DNA of 64,000 bases from positions 9,365 through 73,364 of IMG/VR virus record IMGVR_UViG_3300028536_000015. One strand, given 5' to 3'. This DNA is from a virus. This document shows positions 9,728 to 19,094 of the stretch, in pieces. The notes under the pieces are model-generated. The model saw only the letters and a list, made by a program, of their open reading frames with translations, had not been told where the DNA came from and searched no databases. Position 1 is the first letter of the stretch; each line of letters begins with the position of its first letter. The position numbers and the translations under genes were made by a program.

Positions 9728-10003
9728 ATGACACAGAAATTGGACGCGAAATTCTCTGGCGTAATTTTTAAGATCAAGGATGGATCGATTGTCAGCGACG
9801 ACGAGTATGTGGTATTCTTGGCAAAGGATACCGCATTCTATGAGACACTTCCGACCTATCGCCGTAAGTGCATTGAGCTTGGTGCCGATCAAGAACAGAT
9901 CGCGGCAGTCGATCGCATGATCGCAAGAGCGACTGATTGGCGGCATGCTAATCCCGATCGCTGCAAAGTTCCTGATGCTAAGGGTGAAAAGCTGGTTGGT
10001 TAA
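9728..10003 (+). CDS. Hypothetical phage protein
   Basis: 91 aa with a good RBS; VVFLAKD...LPTY pattern. Confidence 0.6.
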   Translation: MTQKLDAKFSGVIFKIKDGSIVSDDEYVVFLAKDTAFYETLPTYRRKCIELGADQEQIAAVDRMIARATDWRHANPDRCKVPDAKGEKLVG

Positions 10004-10028
10004 TTAATCCCGCATCAAGAAGAAAGTA

Positions 10029-10673
10029 ATGGGCAAGCAGGAAGATATCTTTCTGGAGAGCGAGGGGGACGCGTGGTTTGAGCGAAATATATACAAAGTT
10101 CGTGAGGATGTCCACGCAGACCCCGTTATCCAGCTCGTTCTCAGGCATTTTAATACCGGCGAGCCATTGGGGGTCCTAGAGATAGGATGCTCCAATGGCT
10201 GGCGCTTGAGCGAACTCCATAAAATCTACCATTGGTTCTGTTACGGCATCGATCCTTCAGCCGAGGCCATCAAAAACGGCCTGATGAGGTTCGGCAACCT
10301 GGAGAAACTGAACCTTACCCGAGGTTCAGCGACGGCTCATCCTTATCATTCCGCAACCATGGATATGATCATCTATGGTTTTTGCCTCTATGTGTGCGAT
10401 CCCGAAGAGCTGTTCGAGATCGTTACGCAGGCCGACAATGCTCTAAAAGACGGCGGCTCAATCATCATCCATGATTTTGACGCAGAGTATCCTCATTCTG
10501 TCCCCAATCATCATGTAGAAGGATTGATATCTTACAAGATGGATTGGAGCAAGCTTTGGCTATGTCATCCGGCATATAGATTGGTCGAGAAGGTATCATT
10601 TGCAGACGGAACCGCTGTCTGGCTTCTTAGGAAATCTCAGGGAGATGCGTTTCCGTGCTCATCGGCATCTTAG
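10029..10673 (+). CDS. Class I SAM methyltransferase of the type found in nonulosonate clusters
   Basis: FLESEGDAWFERN, VLEIGCSNG, GFCLY, SYKMD motifs. Confidence 0.85.
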   Translation: MGKQEDIFLESEGDAWFERNIYKVREDVHADPVIQLVLRHFNTGEPLGVLEIGCSNGWRLSELHKIYHWFCYGIDPSAEAIKNGLMRFGNLEKLNLTRGSATAHPYHSATMDMIIYGFCLYVCDPEELFEIVTQADNALKDGGSIIIHDFDAEYPHSVPNHHVEGLISYKMDWSKLWLCHPAYRLVEKVSFADGTAVWLLRKSQGDAFPCSSAS

Positions 10674-11524
10674 GGTTTGGTTCGATTGGAATGCGTCATG
10701 GGCGCAATCTCATGGATATCGGGCATCAGGTTGTTTTCCATGATCCTGGCGTTCTCGGCAGCATAGATCGTGATGTTCTAATCCGAGAGGCGGATGCGGT
10801 CATTATCTGCACGCCAACGATACGGCATGCTCTTGATCTCTGCGATGTCTTGCAGGCAAGGAAGCATGTCCTGGTTGAGAAACCCATTGGTTATGACTGT
10901 CCTCCATATATCTCGGGCCTCATCATGGGCGCGCGGTCAGCAGCGAGAGATTTGGTAGTCGCTACTGGGTTCATGTGTCGGTTTCATCCTGAAGTTCAGA
11001 GAGCAAGGAGCATGATAGATTATGGCTACTTCAACAAAATCATCGATGTGCAATTCGATGTTTTACAAAAAAATAGCAAACCTGAATACTTGCGTGATGG
11101 TGTTATCCGAAATTGGGCTTCGCACGAACTCGACTTGGCTAGATATCTCTTGGGAAATCTCTGTCTAGAAAAAGCTGATGTTGGCGTTTCTCTCGATCAC
11201 CAAGACATTTCTATGGTAGCTGATCTCTATAGCATAGAGCATGACTGTCCTGTGATTATACGAGCCGATTACATTACCAGTCCAGAGTTTAGAAGATTTT
11301 CTATTCAAGGCAATAAAGCTGTAGCCGTCGCGTTTAATCTAGTGCGAGGAGAGGCCGTCTGGGACCAAACCTACGTGGATGAACTCAAGGCATTCATCAA
11401 TGCGATCGATGGTAAGGACCCTGGACCGCTGGCAGATGGTGCAGATGGTGTCGCGGCTCTTCAACTCGTCATGGACATAAGAGAGAAGGTTGGATTGGAA
11501 GATGAGCAAAAGAAGAACATTTAG
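10655..11524 (+). CDS. Gfo/Idh/MocA-family oxidoreductase
   Basis: GILGFGSIG Rossmann motif, HVLVEKP, SHELD. Confidence 0.9.
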   Translation: MLIGILGFGSIGMRHGRNLMDIGHQVVFHDPGVLGSIDRDVLIREADAVIICTPTIRHALDLCDVLQARKHVLVEKPIGYDCPPYISGLIMGARSAARDLVVATGFMCRFHPEVQRARSMIDYGYFNKIIDVQFDVLQKNSKPEYLRDGVIRNWASHELDLARYLLGNLCLEKADVGVSLDHQDISMVADLYSIEHDCPVIIRADYITSPEFRRFSIQGNKAVAVAFNLVRGEAVWDQTYVDELKAFINAIDGKDPGPLADGADGVAALQLVMDIREKVGLEDEQKKNI

Positions 11525-11708
11525 ATGCGAGTTATGTGAAATGAATTATCCGGTAGAACCGGGATGGACTGACGACATGGCAAAGGAGGAGTTTCGTCGT
11601 CTTTATCCAGGGCAGCCATTCAAGAATGTCGCCAAAATCTGTGATGACTGCCATAAAATGGTCGAGATATGGCGCCAGGAGAATGAGGGAAAGAGGACGC
11701 TTCAATGA
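11502..11708 (+). CDS. Small CxxC...CxxC protein
   Basis: CELC and CDDC motifs; start taken at MSKRR. Confidence 0.55.
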   Translation: MSKRRTFRCELCEMNYPVEPGWTDDMAKEEFRRLYPGQPFKNVAKICDDCHKMVEIWRQENEGKRTLQ

Positions 11709-11717
11709 GACTTCCTC

Positions 11718-12227
11718 ATGAAGCCAAAACACAAGATATCTCAGACTACGCTCAAGCATCATCTAAAATATGATCCTGAAAGTGGAATATTCTACTGGAG
11801 ACATTCCACCTATCGAACTGACCTAATTGGCAATCAAGCTGGGTACATTGATCGACGTGGGTATATCCGCATTAAGATTGGATCGATTACATATCTAGCT
11901 CATAGACTAGCCTACATCTACATGACCGGAACTAATCCTCCAGAGCTTATCGACCATAAGGATAACAACCGACAGAATAATCGATGGATAAACATCCGTT
12001 CAGCTACACATGGGCAAAATGTCTCAAACTCCTCAGGATGGAAAAAGAGAAAAATAAAACTACCCAAAGGAGTGTACAAACATTCCATGTCAGCAGGATA
12101 TTTTGCCATGATCGTAGTAGACAGAAAACGTCACTATCTTGGCTCCTTCAAAACAATAGAAGAAGCGAAAGCTACCTACATTTCCGCCGCCATAAAATTC
12201 AAAGGCGAATTCGCGAGGGCTTCATGA
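11718..12227 (+). CDS. HNH homing endonuclease (HNH_3 plus AP2-like C-terminus)
   Basis: YDPESGIFYW, AHRLAY, IDHKDNNRQNN, YLGSF motifs. Confidence 0.9.
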   Translation: MKPKHKISQTTLKHHLKYDPESGIFYWRHSTYRTDLIGNQAGYIDRRGYIRIKIGSITYLAHRLAYIYMTGTNPPELIDHKDNNRQNNRWINIRSATHGQNVSNSSGWKKRKIKLPKGVYKHSMSAGYFAMIVVDRKRHYLGSFKTIEEAKATYISAAIKFKGEFARAS

Positions 12228-14212
12228 CTAAAACCGTTGCCATATGCCAAGCTAGGATGTCCAGTACCCGCTTACCGGGAAAGGTTATGAAAGACCTTGC
12301 GGGAAGACCTGTAATAGATTGGGTGGTAGAGGCCGCCAAACACGCTCCCGGCGTTGACGAGGTCATAGTTGCCACCTCCATAGAACCTGCGGATGACGTG
12401 ATTGCGGAGTGGGCTACACATAAGGGAGTAGCATTATACCGAGGATCGTTAACTGATGTCATGAGCCGATTTGTAGGAGCGGCCAATCAAACCAACGCCG
12501 ATATTATCGTTCGCTTGACCTGTGACTGTCCTCTGCTTGACCCGAATGTAATTGGAGAAGTGATCCAACTCAGGAAAATAAAAAATGCAGACTACGCCTC
12601 ATGTACTGATCCTCCCTCGTATAGTGACGGTCTCGATGTCGAGGTATTCACGCGGGGAACTCTGGAAAGCGCCAATCGGGAAGCAACGCGAGGAACTGAC
12701 CGAGATACTGTTACTCGCTTTATGGTTCGCAATCGTCATAGGTTTCATGCTGTTAATTTGGTCTGCTCGCTTCCTAATCTCGCTCGTGAACGGTGGGTCC
12801 TCGATAGTCCAGAGGATTATGAATTCATCCTGGAGATCGCAAAGAGGCTTGGCGGCGGCAGAAATCCACCGTCATACCTTCAGATTTTGTCGATCCTTGA
12901 TAAGGAGCCATCACTCCGGGCGATAAACAACATGCACTCTCGCAACGAGCGCTTCTATGAGGCGCTTGCTGCGGAAGGCTCTAGCAAACGATCATATCAT
13001 AATTCCAAGATGATGCTAGCTAAGGCTGAGGCTTTGATCCCCTTGGGAACGCAGACCTTCAGCAAGAGCAAGCTGATGTTCCCGGAAGGAGCAGCGCCAC
13101 TGTTCGTAACCCATGGAGATGGGGCCTATGTCTTTGACGTGGATGGCAATGATTATGTTGATTGCGTCGGAGGGCTTCTGCCTAATATCCTTGGCTACAG
13201 AGACCCCGATGTGGATAGCGCTATCCGCGATCAGCTATCTAGCGGGATTAGCTTTAGCCTTGCGACCCCTTTAGAAGAGAAACTAGCGGCGCTGCTCCAT
13301 AAGCATATTCCATCCGCTGAGATGGTGAAATTCGGCAAGAACGGCAGCGATGTCACGACTGCCGCTGTCCGTCTTGCGCGCCATGTCACCGGACGAGATA
13401 TGGTCATGGTAGGTGGCTATCACGGCTGGCACGACTGGAGTATGGCGGTTAGTGAGCGCCATAATGGCATCCCCTGGGATGTCCAAAAGCTTTCCGATAG
13501 TCTGCACGCTGATAAAGAGCGGTTTAGCTCATACGCCGCCATGATCATTGAGCCTGAGTTCTATTCCAAGGAAGAGCTACAAGGCATCCAAAAACTATCC
13601 CTTGAATATGGGTTCCTCTTGATCTTTGACGAGATCATCACTGGGTTCCGTTGCGGGTTGGGGGGTTTGCAGAAAGTCCATGGGGTGGCGCCTGATTTGT
13701 CTTGTTTTGGCAAATCCATGGCCAACGGCATGCCGATATCTGCCTTGGTCGGACTTGAGAAATACATGAAACACATGCCTGAGATTGCTTATTCAGGCAC
13801 GTTCTTTGGCGAAACACTATCGATCGCAGCGGCGATTGCGACCATCGAAAAGTTGGAACGCGAGAGGGTCCCGGTTTGGTTACTGTCCCTTGGTATCTCT
13901 GTCTATGCCAATGTTACAACCCTGATCCAGAAGGCCAGATTGACTGAGTATATCTCATTGTATGGCCCTATGGAGCTAAATCGCATCAAGTTCAAGAACA
14001 ATGGCGTCCAGAGCCTGTTCATTCAGGAGATGGCCAAGAACGGCGTGCTCATCATCGGTAGCCACAACCTCAGCTTTGCTCATGGTAAAACCGAGCTGGA
14101 TATCATCACCAGAGCCTGGGAAAAGACACTGGACAAGCTTGCTGAAGCGGCGAGTTCCAATATCCTGGATCATCTCGATGGCGGTCTCGTCATGGCGAAA
14201 GGCGTCAGATGA
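12224..14212 (+). CDS. Fusion of SpsF/PseF-like cytidylyltransferase and class III (GSA-aminomutase-like) aminotransferase
   Basis: Start MTKTVAICQARMSSTRLPGKV (ATGA overlap with the HNH stop), RLTCDCP; C-terminal TQTFSK, FDEIITGFR, FGKSMANG. Confidence 0.9.
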   Translation: MTKTVAICQARMSSTRLPGKVMKDLAGRPVIDWVVEAAKHAPGVDEVIVATSIEPADDVIAEWATHKGVALYRGSLTDVMSRFVGAANQTNADIIVRLTCDCPLLDPNVIGEVIQLRKIKNADYASCTDPPSYSDGLDVEVFTRGTLESANREATRGTDRDTVTRFMVRNRHRFHAVNLVCSLPNLARERWVLDSPEDYEFILEIAKRLGGGRNPPSYLQILSILDKEPSLRAINNMHSRNERFYEALAAEGSSKRSYHNSKMMLAKAEALIPLGTQTFSKSKLMFPEGAAPLFVTHGDGAYVFDVDGNDYVDCVGGLLPNILGYRDPDVDSAIRDQLSSGISFSLATPLEEKLAALLHKHIPSAEMVKFGKNGSDVTTAAVRLARHVTGRDMVMVGGYHGWHDWSMAVSERHNGIPWDVQKLSDSLHADKERFSSYAAMIIEPEFYSKEELQGIQKLSLEYGFLLIFDEIITGFRCGLGGLQKVHGVAPDLSCFGKSMANGMPISALVGLEKYMKHMPEIAYSGTFFGETLSIAAAIATIEKLERERVPVWLLSLGISVYANVTTLIQKARLTEYISLYGPMELNRIKFKNNGVQSLFIQEMAKNGVLIIGSHNLSFAHGKTELDIITRAWEKTLDKLAEAASSNILDHLDGGLVMAKGVR

Positions 14213-14415
14213 GCACTGTTATCATGAAATTAACGGTGCCTTCTGATTGGGATGGCCAACAGTTGAAGCCAGCCGGCACTATTGGTTTAAGACAAATCTG
14301 TCTAAACCGAACTAACTGGATGGCCCATGATCAGCTAAGTTCGATCATCATACCTGATGGTGGCCAAATTATCATCAGACGCGATGGTCATACGATCTAT
14401 ATTGAGCGACCATGA
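14209..14415 (+). CDS. Hypothetical protein
   Basis: 68 aa with ATGA overlaps on both sides. Confidence 0.55.
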   Translation: MSTVIMKLTVPSDWDGQQLKPAGTIGLRQICLNRTNWMAHDQLSSIIIPDGGQIIIRRDGHTIYIERP

Positions 14416-15332
14416 AAGTCCTTATCACCGGAGGCTCAGGTAGCTGGGCGCAGGCTTGTGTTAAACGCCTCCTAGATGACAAGTTGGCTGACCGCATCGT
14501 TATATATTCTCGTGGTGAGCACCTTCAAGAGGAGATGGCGCGACGCTTTAATCATGATGATCGCCTCAGGTTCGTCATAGGGGATGTTCGTGACCGTGAT
14601 CGACTTGAGATGGCGATGTATGGGATTGACACAGTTCTCCATGCTGCGGCCCTTAAGATCGTTCCCACGGCTGAGTATAATCCTTACGAATGCGTGCAGA
14701 CCAACATCGGAGGAGCTGAAAATGTTGCTAGAGCTAGTCTTGCTGCTGGCGTACAGCGCGTTATCGCTCTTTCTACTGATAAATCAGTCTCTCCTCTTAA
14801 CCTCTATGGTGCGACAAAGCTTGCTGCTGAGAAGATTTTCGTGGCAGCAAATAATATGTCTGCTGGTCGATGTAGCTATTCTGTCTGCCGCTATGGGAAT
14901 GTCGTTAATAGTCGCGGGTCTGTGGTTCCGCTATTTAAACGACTTGCCAATGCTGGAGAACGTCTACCCATCACTGATCCACAGATGACCCGGTTCTGGA
15001 TGACGCTGGATCAAGCTGTTGATCTCGTGCTGTCGTCTCTAGAGATGATGAAGGGTCGGGAAATCTTCATTCCAAAGATACCATCTGTGCGAATTGTTGA
15101 TCTTGCCGCCGCTATTTCGCCAGAGTGTGGGACTAAGATTACCGGCATCAGACCGGGGGAGAAACTCCACGAAGTCTTGATGACACAAGAGGAAGCCAGA
15201 GGTGCTCTGGAGGCCTGGGATCGCTTTATCGTAAATTCTGACGGCGTATCCAACATCAAAGAACCAAGGACCTATTCTAGTGATAGTAATGGCGATTATC
15301 TTAGTTTGGAAGAAATTAAGAGATATCTATAA
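14412..15332 (+). CDS. pseB: UDP-N-acetylglucosamine 4,6-dehydratase (inverting)
   Basis: HAAALKIVPTAEYNPYE, LSTDK, YGATK, RYGNV, MTRFW, GIRPGEKLHE motifs. Confidence 0.9.
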   Translation: MKVLITGGSGSWAQACVKRLLDDKLADRIVIYSRGEHLQEEMARRFNHDDRLRFVIGDVRDRDRLEMAMYGIDTVLHAAALKIVPTAEYNPYECVQTNIGGAENVARASLAAGVQRVIALSTDKSVSPLNLYGATKLAAEKIFVAANNMSAGRCSYSVCRYGNVVNSRGSVVPLFKRLANAGERLPITDPQMTRFWMTLDQAVDLVLSSLEMMKGREIFIPKIPSVRIVDLAAAISPECGTKITGIRPGEKLHEVLMTQEEARGALEAWDRFIVNSDGVSNIKEPRTYSSDSNGDYLSLEEIKRYL

Positions 15333-15338
15333 GAGGGG

Positions 15339-16427
15339 ATGATGGTGAAACTATTCACGACCATAGGAAACGATGAAGAAGAAGCTGTCCTGAGGGTTCT
15401 ACGCAGAAAGCAGCTCTCTGGATATATAGCCGGGAAGGATACCTCTGGTGTAGAAGTCAATCGACTAGAGACTAACTGGGCTGAGTTCTTCGGCGTCAAT
15501 TACGCGATTGCGTGCAATTCAGCCACGTCTGGGTTGCTCGCGGCCTGCATGGCAATCGGCGTGGGTCCTGGCGATGAAGTTATCGTTCCCTTTTTGACCA
15601 TGTCTGCCACAGCCTGCGCTCCGAATGTTCTTGGGGCGCAGATCGTGCTTGCGGACGTTGATGAGAACCTATGTATCGATGTCAACCATGTCGGTAAGCT
15701 CATCAATGAGAACACCAAGGCTGTCATCGCGACCAACCTATTCGGCCATCCAGCGAAACTAGCACAGTTGCGCGGCATGTGCGACAGCGTCAACGTCTTC
15801 CTGATTGAAGACAATGCGCAGGCCATAGGCGCGAAAGAAGGAACCCGCTACACCGGGACCATAGGTCATATCGGCGTGTTCTCGCTGAACTACCATAAGC
15901 AAATCCAGGCTGGTGAAGGTGGCGTGTGCGTCACAGATAATTATCTTTTGAACATGAAGCTGCGTGGCGCCATAAATCATGGCGAGCACATGAAGCTCGA
16001 TTTCCCAGGGCTGAACCTGCGCATGACCGAGATCACAGCCGCTATCGCCATAGAGCAACTTAAGAAATTACCAGATATTCTGGAAGCTAAAGAAGAAGTG
16101 GCACGCGCCATCATTGGTCATATGAAACGATGTAGTTACATCAATCCACCTCCGACCCGCGATAATTGCACGAACGTATATTACGCCCTGCCGTTTCAGG
16201 TTATTGAGGGCTTCAGCCTCATAAGCGTTATTGCTCATTTTCAAAGTAAATCAGGTCTTAATCTCTCGCTGGGTTATAGCAATCTCATGAAACTTAGGAT
16301 CGGTGATAAATGGGTAAAGGACAAATGCCATAAATACCGAGATGTAAGTAGGTTAGTCCTTCTGGAGATGTACAGCGATGACATCACGATGGATAGCCTG
16401 AAGCATATGGAGAAGGTATTCACATGA
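15339..16427 (+). CDS. DegT/DnrJ/EryC1/StrS aminotransferase (PseC-like role inferred)
   Basis: NSATSGL, IEDNAQA, FSLNYHKQIQAGEGG motifs; follows pseB. Confidence 0.85.
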   Translation: MMVKLFTTIGNDEEEAVLRVLRRKQLSGYIAGKDTSGVEVNRLETNWAEFFGVNYAIACNSATSGLLAACMAIGVGPGDEVIVPFLTMSATACAPNVLGAQIVLADVDENLCIDVNHVGKLINENTKAVIATNLFGHPAKLAQLRGMCDSVNVFLIEDNAQAIGAKEGTRYTGTIGHIGVFSLNYHKQIQAGEGGVCVTDNYLLNMKLRGAINHGEHMKLDFPGLNLRMTEITAAIAIEQLKKLPDILEAKEEVARAIIGHMKRCSYINPPPTRDNCTNVYYALPFQVIEGFSLISVIAHFQSKSGLNLSLGYSNLMKLRIGDKWVKDKCHKYRDVSRLVLLEMYSDDITMDSLKHMEKVFT

Positions 16428-16639
16428 CCGACGAGGAACTGTTAGATCAGATCACCAGAGTTCGCGCGCAGAATAACGTCAATTGGGTGGAACTCTTAAG
16501 GATCGCATTACGCGCTGATCCCAAGGCCACCAAGGAGGTTCTTGGCAAGGTTCTTATCATGGACCTCCAAGTGAGTAGGCTCACCAGAGCCCTGTCCGCG
16601 ACAGACTGGAAGCCCAGGGACCTGGAGGACAAGAAATGA
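16424..16639 (+). CDS. Small hypothetical protein of a type seen in sugar clusters
   Basis: DQITRVRAQNNVNWVELLRIA pattern; coupled on both sides. Confidence 0.6.
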   Translation: MTDEELLDQITRVRAQNNVNWVELLRIALRADPKATKEVLGKVLIMDLQVSRLTRALSATDWKPRDLEDKK

Positions 16640-17679
16640 AAATAGGCTCACGGGAGATCGGACCGGATCATCCTCCTTATATCGTGGCCGAATTATCTGC
16701 TTCGCATCTAGGAGACATCAATAACGTATTCAGGCTGATCGATGAGGCGAGACATGCTGGCGCTGATGCCGTCAAGCTACAGGCCTACACACCAGATACG
16801 ATTACGATGGATAGCAAGAATGCTGACTTTCTCATCAAGGAAGGTCCCTGGAAAGGACGATATCTCTTTGACCTTTACGCAGAAGCTCACGTGCCTTTTT
16901 CGTGGATGGAACGTATATTTGATTATGCTCGCAACGTTCGTTGCATCGAGATATTTGCATCTGTTTTCGACGAGAGCGCGGTTGGTCTCATGGAAGAACT
17001 TTATGCCCGTGCTTACAAGATTGCGAGCTTCGAGTTATCTCATCTCCCTCTCATCAGGAACGTAGCGGAGACCAATAAGCCGATTATCTTGTCTACTGGG
17101 ATGGGTTCCACCAAGGAAATCCTGGACGCCATGAACGTCATCAACAAGTTCTCTCTCAAGCCTGATATCGCCCTGCTTCATTGTGTCAGCGCCTATCCGA
17201 CACCTGCCAGTCAGGCCAACTTGCCGGCGCTAGGGCCTTTGAGCGAACTCCTGGGAGGGAAACATGTGGTTGGTCTGTCTGACCATACTCTTGGTATTGC
17301 TGTGGCTGTATCTGCTGTTTGCTACGGTGCGACCATCATTGAAAAGCATCTATGTCTTAGTAGGAGCGCAGGTGGCCCTGACGCTGATTTTAGTCTGGAA
17401 CCTGATGAGTTCACAGCCCTGGTAAAATCATGCCGCGAGGCATGGGAGGCTACTCGGCCGTCGAAGTCTCCGGATCAGAAGGCAAATCTTCAATGGCGTC
17501 GGTCGATTTATGTAACGAATCCAATTTCCGAAGGCGAGCCTCTGTCCAAGGAGAATATCCGAGTGATACGGCCAGCGAACGGGCTTTTGCCGTCATTTTA
17601 CCCGTCCGTTTTGGGGCGAAAGGCAAAGGTGGCCCTGCAACCTGGGACTCCATTATCTCTCGATCACTTACTCTCATAA
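16636..17679 (+). CDS. pseI: Pseudaminic acid synthase (NeuB family with SAF domain)
   Basis: PYIVAELSASH, AVKLQAYTPDTIT, KIASFE, LHCVSAYP, GLSDHT, IEKH, RRSIY motifs. Confidence 0.9.
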   Translation: MKIGSREIGPDHPPYIVAELSASHLGDINNVFRLIDEARHAGADAVKLQAYTPDTITMDSKNADFLIKEGPWKGRYLFDLYAEAHVPFSWMERIFDYARNVRCIEIFASVFDESAVGLMEELYARAYKIASFELSHLPLIRNVAETNKPIILSTGMGSTKEILDAMNVINKFSLKPDIALLHCVSAYPTPASQANLPALGPLSELLGGKHVVGLSDHTLGIAVAVSAVCYGATIIEKHLCLSRSAGGPDADFSLEPDEFTALVKSCREAWEATRPSKSPDQKANLQWRRSIYVTNPISEGEPLSKENIRVIRPANGLLPSFYPSVLGRKAKVALQPGTPLSLDHLLS

Positions 17680-17917
17680 TCTTTACAGAAACCGTGCAAC
17701 CTAGCGCGGCAGCTAGTTTCTTGATGGTCATGGTACTCATGTGGACGATCTTGCCGGTTTCATAGGCGGCAATAAACGATTGGGATATCCCAGACGCATG
17801 AGCTAGCTGTTCCTGGGTCATATAGGGCGTCTGGGTCTGTCGAAGCCAGCGGAGGCGCTGGTGGAGCACTTGATGCTCGTTCGAAACCATGGCCCCCTTA
17901 GGGCGTCCGCGCGGCAT
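17450..17917 (-). CDS. XRE-family helix-turn-helix regulator
   Basis: MTQEQLAHASGISQSFIAAYETG...KKLAAALG. The 3' end overlaps pseI antisense. Confidence 0.75.
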   Translation of the reverse strand: MPRGRPKGAMVSNEHQVLHQRLRWLRQTQTPYMTQEQLAHASGISQSFIAAYETGKIVHMSTMTIKKLAAALGCTVSVKIMRVSDREIMESQVAGPPLPFAPKRTGKMTAKARSLAVSLGYSPWTEARLRKLDSLHKSTDAIEDLPSDPETSTAE

Positions 17918-18290
17918 CGCATTCTTCCATGATCTGTTCAGCCCGCATGATCTCCTCTTCGGAGAACTCAACCCTGGTATCGATGATTACGTAAGGCACA
18001 TATGGGTCCAATGGCTGCGCTACGCCTCCTGAAGTATACCCCCCTGATCCCGTTTGAATTAATACACCACCATATGGGTATGGAGTGAGAGTTCCGGTTC
18101 CGGCGCCGCCCATGACTGAGTGTGGGTATGATGTTAGTGTACCCGTTACCACATTAGAGCCAACATTAGAGTTCTGGGGGGAAATCACCCATCCTGGGTT
18201 TTGGTTATATTGGGCGCTATAGGCTTGGTTTGAGACCGCGATCTGATCTGTGGCTACACTGTAGCCTGGGTGGGTGGTTTTACTTGCCAT
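17898..18290 (-). CDS. Hypothetical protein
   Basis: Start MASKTT with GAGGAG RBS. Confidence 0.5.
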   Translation of the reverse strand: MASKTTHPGYSVATDQIAVSNQAYSAQYNQNPGWVISPQNSNVGSNVVTGTLTSYPHSVMGGAGTGTLTPYPYGGVLIQTGSGGYTSGGVAQPLDPYVPYVIIDTRVEFSEEEIMRAEQIMEECDAARTP

Positions 18291-18459
18291 AGGCCTGCTC
18301 CTCTTCGGTTTCCCTGAAGTTCGCCATGAAGCCGATCGCGTTGGCTTCCTCCCGGCGCCTGAGGCGAGGGTTGATATAGCCATCCTCTTGCATTCTGGGA
18401 ACGGTGTAGCGCTTGATCTCTCGATGCCGGATAGGCTTTCCAGAGGAATGAGGTCTCAT
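18280..18459 (-). CDS. 59-aa hypothetical protein (not in ORF track)
   Basis: MRPHSSGKPIRHREIKRY...NAIGFMANF...; ATGA-coupled to the upstream gene. Confidence 0.5.
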   Translation of the reverse strand: MRPHSSGKPIRHREIKRYTVPRMQEDGYINPRLRRREEANAIGFMANFRETEEEQAYGK

Positions 18460-18842
18460 AGCTGCTTGCCTGTTTTTACGTCGAATAGAGGGTGCGCGGA
18501 AGTAATGGAGAGCTTAGGAGGCGATGCATCCGACGCGCTAGACGGAAACGTATTTTCCAGCGCCGGGCCTCCATTCCCGATCTGATCCATCTGCGCCATG
18601 AGCTTGTCGTACTCTTCGATCTTGCTCATGTTCTCGTGGTTCAGGGCGAGGCGCTGCTCAAATTTATCCATGATCGCCGAGTGCTTGCCAGCGTCCCTCG
18701 CCGCCCGGTCCGTAATGCCCTGGGCGCGCTTCATGTTCTCTACTAGCTTCTGAAGGTCAGAAAGCGCCATCCTGCCAATGCTCTCTATGTCTGCCACGTA
18801 CAGTAAAAGCATAACGCATAGGAATAGGAAAATCCAGTCCAT
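18456..18842 (-). CDS. Hypothetical protein
   Basis: Coupled ORF in the minus-strand array. Confidence 0.55.
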   Translation of the reverse strand: MDWIFLFLCVMLLLYVADIESIGRMALSDLQKLVENMKRAQGITDRAARDAGKHSAIMDKFEQRLALNHENMSKIEEYDKLMAQMDQIGNGGPALENTFPSSASDASPPKLSITSAHPLFDVKTGKQL

Positions 18843-19094
18843 TCATCTTTTCGTCAGATTAGTAATCGGCAGGGACGTTGGCTTCTTCTGCTTGTTTTGA
18901 TGCGTAATTAGCTTATCCAGCTTGGAGTTAGCTGATTTGTACGAAGATTGGATGTCCTTGAGCATATTCGCCATAATCGAGTTATCAATTTTTAATTGAT
19001 CCATACCTATCCTGAGTTCCATAACAGCGCTGTTCAGGCGCCAGATCATGAAACCCAGGACAAGGAGCGCAACGGCAAGCAGGGCTTCTTTCAC
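18843..19094 (-). CDS. Hypothetical membrane-anchored protein
   Basis: N-terminal hydrophobic segment; coupled. Confidence 0.55.
   Translation of the reverse strand: MKEALLAVALLVLGFMIWRLNSAVMELRIGMDQLKIDNSIMANMLKDIQSSYKSANSKLDKLITHQNKQKKPTSLPITNLTKR

Noticed and set aside
11984-12223. N-terminal extension of the 742-aa ORF
   Set aside because: It overlaps the HNH gene in another frame. The cytidylyltransferase motif starts at the coupled ATG at 12224.
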